From positions 16,264 to 80,263 of the forward strand of contig DULL01000010.1 of NCBI GenBank assembly GCA_012840395.1: a stretch of 64,000 nt of DNA. The letters run 5' to 3'. The translations under genes were made by a program, and so were the position numbers. Under the pieces are notes generated by a model, which ran no database searches, had not been told where the DNA came from, and was given only the letters and a program-made list of their open reading frames with translations. Positions 39,035-48,214 of the stretch are shown here, one piece after another. Origin of the DNA: Clostridiaceae bacterium (GTDB taxonomy: Bacteria; Bacillota; Clostridia; Acetivibrionales; DULL01). Position 1 is the stretch's first letter. Every line of letters begins with the position of its first letter.

Positions 39035-40063
39035 TCATTGCTCAAATAATTCAGGGTAAGCTAGTTTTGCTAAATATTCCACTCCTAATACCATGTTTTG
39101 TGATACTGATGTAACCAAAGCTTCATTCATCTTATACACTTTGCCGTTTTTAATTGCATTTGTTCCCTGCAGACTTTTATCATTAATAAAATCTTCTGCA
39201 AATTTATCTGCATCAAAGCCTTCATAAGACCAGGAGGGAAGAAATATAATATCAGGATTAATTTCAATGACCTTTTCTTTTGTCATCTGATACCAGCCTG
39301 TTTCTCCAGATTTAGCTGCTCCATTTATCAGTCCCGCCCTGGTGGCTACATCATGAAAAGGAGTATTATTTCCGTAAGTATCAAAAAAGGAATCTAGTGA
39401 TAAAGCTACCAGCTTATCTTCCTCTTTAAGATTTTTAAGTTTTTCATTCACAGAATTAAGTTTATCATCCATCCATTTGATAAGTTCTTTTCCTTTTTCT
39501 ATTTCGCCTACTATAGTAGCAATTTCTTCTATCATATTTTTTTGTTCATCAATGCTGTTAGGTGTAATATAAGCATATACCAATATATTTGCTTCTCTTA
39601 ACTGACTGACAAGTTTTTCATCTGTCCAGTCTGCAACGAAGATGAAATCAGGTTCCAAAGCCAATAAAGATTCCAGTTTTGTACTTACTTTATTAGGAAA
39701 ATCTTTTGCAAAGTCAACAATATTTGATAGCCCAGGGTCTTCCGAAAGATAGGTTATTCCTGCTATCCTGCTTTTATCAACAAGTGATACCAGCAGTTCA
39801 TCGGTACACAATGTAAGTGATATTATTCTTTCGGGCTTTTTTTCTATAACCATCTCAAAACCTTTTGCATCTTTAACAGTCAAAGGATATATATCTTTTT
39901 CGATGTTTTTCCCAGAAGAGTTATTATCCTGAGAAGAAACATCCTCTTTTTGAGTATATATATTAGTTTTATCAGAATCTGAATTATTTTTTTTACTTAT
40001 ACATCCTGTAAATGAGGCAAAAATCATTAAAATAAGAACCAATAATGCGATGATCCTTTTCAT
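39035..40063 (-). CDS. Periplasmic-binding-protein type 2 lipoprotein (BtuF-like)
   Basis: Lipobox FTGC, S/N/D linker, and Peripla_BP_2-like body (RIISLTLCTDELL...PDIIFLPSW). First gene behind a cobalamin riboswitch. Confidence 0.88.
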   Translation of the reverse strand: MKRIIALLVLILMIFASFTGCISKKNNSDSDKTNIYTQKEDVSSQDNNSSGKNIEKDIYPLTVKDAKGFEMVIEKKPERIISLTLCTDELLVSLVDKSRIAGITYLSEDPGLSNIVDFAKDFPNKVSTKLESLLALEPDFIFVADWTDEKLVSQLREANILVYAYITPNSIDEQKNMIEEIATIVGEIEKGKELIKWMDDKLNSVNEKLKNLKEEDKLVALSLDSFFDTYGNNTPFHDVATRAGLINGAAKSGETGWYQMTKEKVIEINPDIIFLPSWSYEGFDADKFAEDFINDKSLQGTNAIKNGKVYKMNEALVTSVSQNMVLGVEYLAKLAYPELFEQ

Positions 40064-40153
40064 TAGAATTCTCCTTTACCAAACAAGTTTGTTAACCAAA
40101 TAAATGTAAAATTTATAATATTTTCAAATAAAATAATATTATAGTAATATAGA

Positions 40154-40193
40154 CCTAAAATAAACACCTCTTGAAAACCTATCAAGAGGTGTT
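40154..40193 (-). terminator. Intrinsic terminator (expression platform of the second cobalamin riboswitch)
   Basis: AACACCTCTTG / CAAGAGGTGTT 11-bp stem, then TTATTTTAGG on the minus strand. Confidence 0.75.
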
Positions 40194-40199
40194 ATTAGC

Positions 40200-40412
40200 A
40201 ATATAAATTATTTTATAAAGCATAACATACACCTCCCCTATCACTCGTAGAGTTCTTGGTGCTAAATACAGGTAGGTCTTCTGGCTTTAGTATCATTATC
40301 CTTTCACCCTTCCCATCCTGATTAACCAGGACAGTGGCTTTTTGAAAGGACTCCTCTATTACAGCGGCGGGACCGCACAGGAATTTCACCTGTTTCCCTG
40401 AACCTGTATTCA
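40200..40412 (-). ncRNA. Cobalamin riboswitch
   Basis: The minus strand shows P1 AATACAGG / CCTGTATT, GGTGAAATTCC, GGTCCCGCCGCTGT and the B12 box AAGCCACTGTCC...GGGAAGG. The ORF listed at 40213-40413 is this RNA. Confidence 0.92.
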
Positions 40413-40600
40413 TATTCTTTCTGCTTTCTGTTTAGCACTAAGTCTATCATAGTACATTTTATTTTTCAATAATTAAATTTCCTGCGAGGAAACTTTTTCT
40501 TTGCGATATACATACTTATACTTCCCAATTGCATTTCAACATAGTAGAATTAAAAATGTGGTTTCGTAAATTTCTTATACTGTATTTGAGGAGATTTATA

Positions 40601-41233
40601 ATGTACAGGAATATTATTGATATAAGCAGGAGCATAAATCAGGATACAATCCTATGGCCTGGAGATACAAAAGTTAACCTGGTGAGAGGTCTCTCAGTAA
40701 GGAAAGGTGATATATGTAATACATCCAATATTACCATGTCGCTTCATACAGGTACGCATATTGATGCACCTCTTCATTTTTTTGAAGGGGATAGAGATGT
40801 AAGTTCAATGGATCTTTCTCATTTTATTGGAACTGTAAAGATTTTTGAATTATTATCTGTGAGCTGCATTACTGAAGATGATGTCAGAGGTTTATTTATA
40901 AGTGAAGGAGATGCGGTTTTTTTCAAAACCAGCAATAGTAACATTCCAGAAGATGAACCTTTTCGTACCGATTATGTATACATGGATGAAAATGCTGCAA
41001 AATTTTTAGTGGATAAAAAAATAAGGACAGTTGGAATAGATTATTTATCAATTGAGAAATATGAAACAAAAGATTTTCCGGTGCATAAAATATTTCTTTC
41101 AAACAATATAGCTATTATTGAAGGTTTGATACTGAAAGATGTGGAACCAGGGCAATACCTGTATTGCTGTATGCCGTTAAAAATAGTTGGCGGGGAAGCA
41201 TCTCCGGTAAGAGCAGTATTGGCGCACTACTAA
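40601..41233 (+). CDS. Cyclase-family protein (kynurenine-formamidase-like metal hydrolase)
   Basis: HTGTHIDAPLHF motif. ATG 40601 follows TGAGGAG. Confidence 0.85.
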   Translation: MYRNIIDISRSINQDTILWPGDTKVNLVRGLSVRKGDICNTSNITMSLHTGTHIDAPLHFFEGDRDVSSMDLSHFIGTVKIFELLSVSCITEDDVRGLFISEGDAVFFKTSNSNIPEDEPFRTDYVYMDENAAKFLVDKKIRTVGIDYLSIEKYETKDFPVHKIFLSNNIAIIEGLILKDVEPGQYLYCCMPLKIVGGEASPVRAVLAHY

Positions 41234-41297
41234 AATATATCTTTACCAATAAATACTTACTTTATCTATTAGAAATAAAAAATCCGAGAGATAATAC

Positions 41298-41332
41298 AAA
41301 AACCCGTTAGCTATTGGAACTAACGGGTTTTT
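41298..41332. terminator. Bidirectional intrinsic terminator
   Basis: AAAAACCCGTTAG...CTAACGGGTTTTT has a symmetric A/T-run on both sides. It serves the cyclase gene (+) and the tRNA pair (-). Confidence 0.8.
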
Positions 41333-41335
41333 GCC

Positions 41336-41411
41336 TGGAGCTGGTGGACGGATTTGAACCCCCGACCTGCTGATTACAAGTCAGCTGCTCTACCTGCTGA
41401 GCTACACCAGC
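41336..41411 (-). tRNA. tRNA-Thr (anticodon UGU), CCA encoded
   Basis: The hand-folded cloverleaf has acceptor GCTGGTG/CACCAGC and anticodon loop CTTGTAA. My fold leaves one G-G mismatch in the T stem (GGGGG/CCGTC). Confidence 0.8.
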
Positions 41412-41529
41412 ATTTAATTAATGTGTCTTGTTTCTCAACTGCTTCATTATAATAGCACGGTATATAATAAATTGTCAACTGTTTAATTAAAATTTATTTA
41501 AATTGTACTATTATAAATTTATGGAAATT

Positions 41530-41604
41530 TGGTGACCCATAGGGGACTCGAACCCCTGTTACCGCCGTGAAAGGGCGATGTCTTAACCGCTTGACCAATG
41601 GGCC
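41530..41604 (-). tRNA. tRNA-Glu (anticodon UUC), CCA encoded
   Basis: Acceptor GGCCCAT/ATGGGTC, anticodon loop CTTTCAC, T arm AGGGG-TTCGAGT-CCCCT. Confidence 0.9.
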
Positions 41605-41629
41605 ACATTTCTCCAAACCGACAGAGATT

Positions 41630-41658
41630 ATTTTAACTGCAGTTATGATAAAAGTCAA
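41630..41658 (-). promoter_or_regulatory. Promoter of the tRNA-Glu/tRNA-Thr pair
   Basis: On the minus strand: TTGACT (41658-41653), 17 nt, TAAAAT (41635-41630), about 25 nt before the tRNA-Glu 5' end. Confidence 0.55.
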
Positions 41659-41835
41659 GTATAATTTTAAAGTTATTTATTAGCATTTTATTAGCATTAA
41701 TGAATAATATACTTGAACTCCAAACTTTTCCCAATGATTTTGCTATATATATAGCAATACTGTGTTTGGGTTTATTATACCTATAAAGTGTTTTTATAGC
41801 CAAGATCCTTAAAAAGGTATAACTTAACTAATATA

Positions 41836-43107
41836 TCAAGGTATAACACTAACCCCGTCAGGTATTACCAATATTGAAGCATTTTCACCGGCAATCTGTC
41901 TGGCTTTTTGCAAAGCTTGCTCCAGGGTGTAAGCGTGGAGCATATGCATGTCTGTTATGAGTTTTGGATCGCACTTATCGGTGACCATAATTACTGTAGC
42001 TTTCATAAGCACTCTTGCCAGGACCTGAGCCTCCCACTGATCGGGGATGGTTTCTGCTTGAGAAATATTCATTATTTTCTCGTATACTTCATGAGGACCG
42101 GAGGATTCTGCAAGCCATTTATAGAAGGATTCTCCTCCATGGCCATCTTCACAAGCCGAAACCATAATTATTACACCGCCGGGTTTTACATGGGCTTCTG
42201 CAGCAGTCATGCCTTTTACAGCCTGATATATATTTTGATCAAGAGGATATCCACCGTTGGAAGTTATAACGATGTCCGCATCGAGAGGAGGTATTTTTGC
42301 ATGATTTGTTACAAATTGGCAGCCTTTTTTATGGGCATCTTCCGGATGACCTGCGAAAGCTGCGATTATTTCCTTTTTATCGTTTATTACAACATTCAGG
42401 ATAAATGCCAGTCCTGCTGTTTCAGCAGCATAAATCATATCTTTATGGATTGGATTATTGTCAATTATTCCGGCTCTGGCTTTGGGATCAGAGATGAATT
42501 TGGAGCAATGATTTGCCCATACTGTTTTTTCAGAGGCAATACCCGGAAGTATGCTTTTCCTTCCCCCTGAAAACCCTGCAAAAAAGTGAGGTTCAATAAA
42601 ACCTTCAGATATTAGCAGATCGCACCAATCTATAAGGGAATTCAGCCAGAGTTCTCCTCCTGAAGGAAGAATTCCTTTGAACACCATATTGTCGTCATCT
42701 CTGCTGTCATGGTTAATAAAATCCTCTGTTTCAACCAGATCTTTCCCGTATTTCTGCACCATCTCTTCATAAGTTGAAGCCCTGTGACAGCCTGTTGCTA
42801 TGAGAATTTTAATTTCAGCTTGAGGATTACCTTTTCTTATGTGTTTCAATAAGATTGGAAGAGTTATAGCACTAGGAACAGGACGGGTATGGTCACTGGT
42901 TATTATGAGTATTTTATTAGCTTTTCCGGCCATTTCTTCCAGCTTGGGAGAATTAATAGGATTTTCAAGTGCTTTTTCAACAATTTCTTCTTGGGAGCAG
43001 TCTGGTGATTGTTTATGAAGGTCAGATTCAAGTATGCCTTTCAGGAATCTTTCATCTATGCTGGTTTCTATATAACTTTTGGAATAAGGAATTTTCAGGG
43101 TGATCAT
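41836..43107 (-). CDS. larA: LarA-family nickel-pincer-dependent racemase/epimerase (DUF2088)
   Basis: TSDHTRP, ATGCHR, EPHFFAGFSGGRKS and downstream His residues match LarA catalytic and cofactor motifs. Confidence 0.9.
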   Translation of the reverse strand: MITLKIPYSKSYIETSIDERFLKGILESDLHKQSPDCSQEEIVEKALENPINSPKLEEMAGKANKILIITSDHTRPVPSAITLPILLKHIRKGNPQAEIKILIATGCHRASTYEEMVQKYGKDLVETEDFINHDSRDDDNMVFKGILPSGGELWLNSLIDWCDLLISEGFIEPHFFAGFSGGRKSILPGIASEKTVWANHCSKFISDPKARAGIIDNNPIHKDMIYAAETAGLAFILNVVINDKKEIIAAFAGHPEDAHKKGCQFVTNHAKIPPLDADIVITSNGGYPLDQNIYQAVKGMTAAEAHVKPGGVIIMVSACEDGHGGESFYKWLAESSGPHEVYEKIMNISQAETIPDQWEAQVLARVLMKATVIMVTDKCDPKLITDMHMLHAYTLEQALQKARQIAGENASILVIPDGVSVIP

Positions 43108-43356
43108 ATTCAGTTCTCCTTATCAAATAGATTAGTACTATTTCCCGTATTTTTATTTTTTCAATATTCAAGTCAGAATTATAATATTACTTACGATTAT
43201 AACAAATATTATTTTTATTATAAAGTGGAATTCTTTATGTTACTTTTAGGATTATTATTTATTTTTATTCAGGTATAGAAGAGGATTAGAAGGTATTTTC
43301 CTTGTCTTGAAGTTTAATTTGGAAAGAAAAAGTATTAAGAGATTTAAAAATAATAG

Positions 43357-43386
43357 TTGACAAAAGGGATGGTTTCATTGTAATAT
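43357..43386 (+). promoter_or_regulatory. Promoter of tRNA-Tyr
   Basis: TTGACA (43357-62), 18 nt, TAATAT (43381-86), about 28 nt before the tRNA. Confidence 0.55.
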
Positions 43387-43413
43387 AGGTATTGCGATTT
43401 GGAAAACGAATAT

Positions 43414-43498
43414 GGAGGGGTTCCCGAGTGGCCAAAGGGGGCAGACTGTAAATCTGTTGTCATCGACTTCGGTGGTTCAAATCCACCCCCCTCCACCA
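43414..43498 (+). tRNA. tRNA-Tyr (anticodon GUA), long variable arm, CCA encoded
   Basis: Acceptor GGAGGGG/CCCCTCC, anticodon loop CTGTAAA, T arm GGTGG-TTCAAAT-CCACC. Confidence 0.9.
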
Positions 43499-43508
43499 AA
43501 CCTTATAT

Positions 43509-43550
43509 AAAGACCCTTGATACTAAAGGGTCTTTAATACTTTTCAGTTT
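43509..43550 (+). terminator. Intrinsic terminator after tRNA-Tyr
   Basis: AAAGACCCTT-gatacta-AAGGGTCTTT, then a T-rich tail. Confidence 0.75.
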
Positions 43551-43575
43551 TTGAAAATTCATTCAAATTCATCGT

Positions 43576-43727
43576 AGCAAACTTGCTTCGCCCGGGGATT
43601 CAGTAGGGGTCTTGCAATCCCCCACTGAACAAGGTTGTTATTATAATTTGCATCAATTCAGCTCCCGCTTATAGAAGCGAGAGATTTCTTGATGCCTGGT
43701 TAAAAAATCTTCTAGAGTTATATAAAT
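43576..43727 (-). repeat. Copy 2 of the roughly 150-bp non-coding repeat (inverted relative to copy 1)
   Basis: The reverse complement aligns with 31979-32127. The same hairpin is present with one C-to-T change in the stem. Confidence 0.9.
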
Positions 43728-43818
43728 TCCCTATCATTGCATTATAATATAATTAATATAATTTACATGAAAGACAATTTTAACAGGAGGAACAGTTCTG
43801 ATAACGCATAGCACGAAT

Positions 43819-46416
43819 TTGGATAATTTAGTAAAAGAGCTTGGCACAGATATAAAAAATGGTTTAAGTAATCAACAAGTTATTGAGAAAAAAGAAAAAT
43901 ACGGGGAAAACAAACTCCGGGAAAGAAAGAAAAAGACTAATTTACAGCGTTTCTTTGAACAGTTTAATGATGTGATGATTATCATATTATTAATTGCTGC
44001 TGTTGTATCTTTTGTCATTGCAATTGTAGAAGGAAATCCAAGTGAATTTTTAGAACCTGTCCTTATCTTATTAATTGTAGTGTTAAATGCAATTATGGGA
44101 GTGCTCCAGGAAAGCAAGGCTGAAAAAGCATTGGAGGCACTTAAAAATCTGTCGGCTCCTCATGCAAGAGTTATAAGGGAAGGCAAAGAACAAATAATTG
44201 ATGCTGCAGAACTGGTCCCAGGGGATATAATACGTCTTGAAGCAGGAGATTTTGTACCTGCCGATGCCCGACTTATCCATTCAGTAAATCTGAAATCCGA
44301 AGAATCAGCGCTTACCGGGGAATCGGTTCCGTCGGAAAAAGATGCCAGTGCTATAATTGAAGAAAATGTTCCAATAGGAGACAGGACAAACATGGTTTTC
44401 TCAGGTTGCAGTATTACATACGGAACGGCAGTTGCTGTTGTAACTGCAACAGGTATGAATACTGAAATGGGCAAGATCGCAAATCTTCTTGAAAGTGAAG
44501 AGGATGATCAGACCCCTCTCCAGAAAAAACTAGCAGCCCTTGGGAAATACCTTGGCATGGTGGCACTCGCAGCTTGTGCCATAGTATTTGCTGTTGGCCT
44601 GGCAGGAGGTATACCTGTTATTGAAATATTTATGACATCTGTATCTTTAGCTGTCTCTGCCATACCTGAAGGTCTTCCAGCCATTGTTACCATTGTATTG
44701 TCAATTGGCGTACAGCGTATGGTAAAGAAAAATGCAATTATACGCCGGCTTCCGGCAGTTGAAACATTAGGAAGCGCTACTGTAATTTGCTCTGATAAAA
44801 CAGGAACTTTAACACAGAACCGCATGACATTAGTAAAAGCTTATGTGGACGGATCTGAGGGCCCTGAAGATATAAATGAGAATAATACGCCTGGTGTTAA
44901 GAAACTTCTTATGTATGGAACTTTATGCTGTGATGGTTCGGTTATTATTGAGAATGGTAAGGAACAGCATATAGGTGATCCTACGGAAACTTCAATAATA
45001 ATGGCAGCCTATAAAAATGGAATGAAAAAAGATGACCTGATTAAACATTATCCCCGTATAGGAGAAATACCTTTTGATTCCGACCGTAAACTAATGACAA
45101 CCATTAATAAAATTGATGGGAAAAATATTGTAATAGTAAAAGGAGCCTTCGATGTACTGTCATCTAAATGTATTGGCGGTGATATTAAAACTGCTGAAAA
45201 GGTAAATGAAGAAATGAGCAGAAATGCTCTTAGAGTTTTGGCAATTGGTTATAAGGAGATAGAGAATGTACCCGATAATTTAAATCCTGAAGTTATAGAA
45301 AATGATCTTATATTTGCCGGCCTTGTAGGTATGATCGACCCACCCCGTCCGGAGGCAAGGGAAGCCGTCAAAGTGTGCCGCAGGGCAGGGATTAAGCCTG
45401 TTATGATAACGGGTGACCATGTTATTACTGCATCGGCAATTGCAAAGGATTTGGGTATTCTGCTTAAAGGGGATGAAGCAATAACCGGTGTGGAACTTGA
45501 TGCCATGACAGATGAAGAACTTGAAAGGCGAATTAGGAATATATCTGTATATGCCCGTGTTTCACCGGAAAACAAAATAAGGATTGTCCGTGCATGGCAG
45601 AAAAAGGGTGAGGTTGTTTCCATGACCGGTGACGGGGTCAACGATGCACCTGCTCTTAAAGCTGCTGATATAGGATGTGCCATGGGCATTACCGGGACCG
45701 ATGTGGCAAAGGGTGCGGCAGACATGACTCTGACCGACGATAATTTCGCAACCATAGTAGATGCGGTAAGAGAAGGACGGGGAATATATGCAAACATAAA
45801 GAAAGTAATAGGTTTTTTACTAGGAACTAATATTGGTGAATTATTGACTGTATTTCTGGCTATGGTTCTTTGGAAGAAAACTCCTCTTATTTCAATACAA
45901 CTGTTATGGGTTAATCTTGTTACTGATAGCATGCCTGCTATTGCACTAGGTATGGAAGATGTGGAAGATGACATTATGGACCAGAAACCCAAGCCAAAAA
46001 ACGAAGGCATATTTGCTGGTGGCCTTGGGTTCCGTGTTGTACTACAGGGATTTATGTTTGCCATAATCACGCTGATAGGTTTCCGTATTGGAATGAATGC
46101 AGCTGGAAATCTTTCAGGGGGTCAAACCATGGCATTTCTAATTCTTTCTTTTTCACAGGTTGTTCAGGCATTTAATATGCGTTCAGAACATTCATTATTT
46201 AAAATTGGCTTTTTCAGCAACCGAAATCTAAATAAAGCAGCCCTGATTTCAACTGTACTTATAGCTTTAGTACTGTTTACCCCACTTTCTTTAGCATTTG
46301 AGCTTGTAGCTTTACCATATGTCTTATATCTTGTTGGCTTAGGGTTGTCGCTTGTTCCACTGCTTATTATGGAGCTATTCAAGCTTGCTGGAAGAACAAG
46401 GCATAAAAATAGATAA
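43819..46416 (+). CDS. Calcium-type (P2A/P2B) cation-translocating P-type ATPase
   Basis: CSDKTGTLT, PEGLP, TGDGVNDAPALK, ten TM segments. The start codon is uncertain (see finding). Confidence 0.92.
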   Translation: MDNLVKELGTDIKNGLSNQQVIEKKEKYGENKLRERKKKTNLQRFFEQFNDVMIIILLIAAVVSFVIAIVEGNPSEFLEPVLILLIVVLNAIMGVLQESKAEKALEALKNLSAPHARVIREGKEQIIDAAELVPGDIIRLEAGDFVPADARLIHSVNLKSEESALTGESVPSEKDASAIIEENVPIGDRTNMVFSGCSITYGTAVAVVTATGMNTEMGKIANLLESEEDDQTPLQKKLAALGKYLGMVALAACAIVFAVGLAGGIPVIEIFMTSVSLAVSAIPEGLPAIVTIVLSIGVQRMVKKNAIIRRLPAVETLGSATVICSDKTGTLTQNRMTLVKAYVDGSEGPEDINENNTPGVKKLLMYGTLCCDGSVIIENGKEQHIGDPTETSIIMAAYKNGMKKDDLIKHYPRIGEIPFDSDRKLMTTINKIDGKNIVIVKGAFDVLSSKCIGGDIKTAEKVNEEMSRNALRVLAIGYKEIENVPDNLNPEVIENDLIFAGLVGMIDPPRPEAREAVKVCRRAGIKPVMITGDHVITASAIAKDLGILLKGDEAITGVELDAMTDEELERRIRNISVYARVSPENKIRIVRAWQKKGEVVSMTGDGVNDAPALKAADIGCAMGITGTDVAKGAADMTLTDDNFATIVDAVREGRGIYANIKKVIGFLLGTNIGELLTVFLAMVLWKKTPLISIQLLWVNLVTDSMPAIALGMEDVEDDIMDQKPKPKNEGIFAGGLGFRVVLQGFMFAIITLIGFRIGMNAAGNLSGGQTMAFLILSFSQVVQAFNMRSEHSLFKIGFFSNRNLNKAALISTVLIALVLFTPLSLAFELVALPYVLYLVGLGLSLVPLLIMELFKLAGRTRHKNR

Positions 46417-46417
46417 A

Positions 46418-46819
46418 TTATCGAAAAATTATTTTTCTATATAAAATAAAATTCCATAATACTATCATTCCCATTACTAATACTTTTGAAATAAGTGGAG
46501 ATATATTTAATACTTCTGAAAGTATAAACATAATCGCAGTAGCGGCAAAAAGGTTGAATACGAACAGTAAGCCATACCTAAAAAGCTGTACCCGTATATC
46601 ATTTTTTGATTTAAAAGACCAGAACCTGTTTACCAGGAAATTAAACCAGAATACTATAAAGTAAACTGATATATGGGAGATAATATACCATAAACCAATA
46701 ACTTTATATAGCACTATGAAAAGAATATATTCCATGGAAAAAGATGCAAGACCGGTTATTAAATATCTGACTAGCTGGTTTATTGGTTCACTTTTCATTA
46801 AGTTTTTCATACTCACCAT
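46418..46819 (-). CDS. GtrA-family membrane protein
   Basis: 133 aa, 4 TM segments, FxxVG-type GtrA layout. Last gene of the GT2-DUF2304-GtrA set. Confidence 0.85.
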   Translation of the reverse strand: MVSMKNLMKSEPINQLVRYLITGLASFSMEYILFIVLYKVIGLWYIISHISVYFIVFWFNFLVNRFWSFKSKNDIRVQLFRYGLLFVFNLFAATAIMFILSEVLNISPLISKVLVMGMIVLWNFILYRKIIFR

Positions 46820-47159
46820 CAGTATTATTAAATTTTTCTTCCAGTAAAGCCAAGTGCTGAGCCAGTCTTGTAATTTTTTCCGATTGTTTTGAAATAACTG
46901 TGGTTATATGTAGGTTGTATATTAGTAAGTAAATCAAACCAAAAAGGAATAGGAGGGACGGTGGATTTTTTATATCAAGCCATTTGGCAAGTATTTCAAT
47001 AAAAACAGGGGATATTGACAAAACCAGCACGATAATACTCATGAAAATCCATAATAAAGAATACCGTTCCTGCAACTTGTTTTTTCTTACCAATTCGACA
47101 ACTATAATTAGAAACGCAATACTGAAAAAAATTGATAATGAGTAGACATTTATTAACAT
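46788..47159 (-). CDS. DUF2304 small membrane protein
   Basis: 123 aa, 3 TM segments plus a C-terminal coiled tail. LVRKNKLQERYSLLWIF motif. Confidence 0.8.
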   Translation of the reverse strand: MLINVYSLSIFFSIAFLIIVVELVRKNKLQERYSLLWIFMSIIVLVLSISPVFIEILAKWLDIKNPPSLLFLFGLIYLLIYNLHITTVISKQSEKITRLAQHLALLEEKFNNTDGEYEKLNEK

Positions 47160-47179
47160 TCAAGGTACTCCTCCTTACT

Positions 47180-47896
47180 TTACTTTTCAGCTGATCTTAC
47201 TGCTCCTATCAGAAGGGACAGGCTGACTTTAATCATGTAATAAACCGACCTTATAGGAGTGATAGATGACTTGCCTGTGTTTCTTACTTTCATTTCAACA
47301 GGGATCTCCATTATTTTGTATTTTTTCCTGAAAAGTTTTACCAGGACATCTACTTCAGGATAGTCAATAGGATAGTTTTTTGAAAAATAGCATATGACTT
47401 TTCTGTTTACCGCCCTGTATCCTGATGTAGGGTCTTTTATTTTGTTGCCGGTAAGCAGATAAATTAAATTTGAAAAAAATATCATACCCACTCTTCTCAG
47501 AACTGATGACTTGTAGGAGGTCTTGCATATATATCTGGAGCCGATGCACATATCTGCAAGGCCATTTGCCACAGGTTCTATAAGTTTTGTTATATATCCC
47601 GGGTCATGCTGTCCGTCAGCGTCCACCTGAACAGCAATATCATAATTGTTTCGCAGGGCATATAAGAATCCTGTTTGCATTGCGCCGCCTATACCAAGGT
47701 TAAAGGGAAGGTCTATTACTTTAGCACCGGCATGGATGGCAGCATTAAGGGTATTATCTTTTGAACCGTCGTTTATTACAAGCACTGTTGATTGAGGTAT
47801 GTTTTTTTTCACACTTTTAATAACCTCAGTAATGGATCGCTCTTCATTATATGCCGGCACAATTACCAGTATGTTCAAACACTGTACCTCCTGCAT
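47180..47896 (-). CDS. Family-2 glycosyltransferase (polyprenyl-phosphate glycosyltransferase type)
   Basis: VIVPAYNEE and QVDADGQHDP motifs. Confidence 0.9.
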   Translation of the reverse strand: MQEVQCLNILVIVPAYNEERSITEVIKSVKKNIPQSTVLVINDGSKDNTLNAAIHAGAKVIDLPFNLGIGGAMQTGFLYALRNNYDIAVQVDADGQHDPGYITKLIEPVANGLADMCIGSRYICKTSYKSSVLRRVGMIFFSNLIYLLTGNKIKDPTSGYRAVNRKVICYFSKNYPIDYPEVDVLVKLFRKKYKIMEIPVEMKVRNTGKSSITPIRSVYYMIKVSLSLLIGAVRSAEK

Positions 47897-48214
47897 TTCT
47901 CATAAATTTATTTTGATGAAAGTATGTATCATATCCAAATTTAGGATATTTCAGGGACATTATATCATATTTTTCCACATTTATTTATATAATATTAGTC
48001 TGTGAAATATTATCGTTGTATAAACCGAAAGTTTTCATCAGACACATAAAAAGTTCATAAAAATTCAGAGTGGATTGCCAATGTTCATATACCCGAAATC
48101 AATTATGTAAATTATGAAATTTGTTTCCAGGAATCAAAAAACATATAGGACACATACTAAATAATGATTTCAGTATGTATTTTAAATGCAGGTAAAGGAC
48201 AGCAATGATAAAAT

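Noticed and set aside
40213-40413. 66-aa ORF in the ORF track
   Set aside because: The interval is the cobalamin riboswitch aptamer (B12 box, conserved GGTCCCGCC core), not a coding sequence.
41908-42570. 220-aa ORF antisense to larA, plus similar antisense ORFs at 8575-9015, 33854-34222, 53054-53518, 56377-56874 and 62926-63372
   Set aside because: Each is nested in a confidently assigned gene on the opposite strand. Each has an odd composition and lacks a ribosome-binding site.
32128-43575. Classical genomic island, ICE or prophage remnant
   Set aside because: There is no integrase, transposase, relaxase or phage gene. The tRNA genes lie inside the block rather than at a boundary with a direct-repeat att site. 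Only the inverted repeats are unusual.
45249-46070. 273-aa ORF antisense to the Ca-type P-type ATPase
   Set aside because: It lies wholly inside a gene with unmistakable ATPase motifs on the other strand. Its translation is S/P/A/I-rich low complexity with no RBS. This is a typical shadow ORF.
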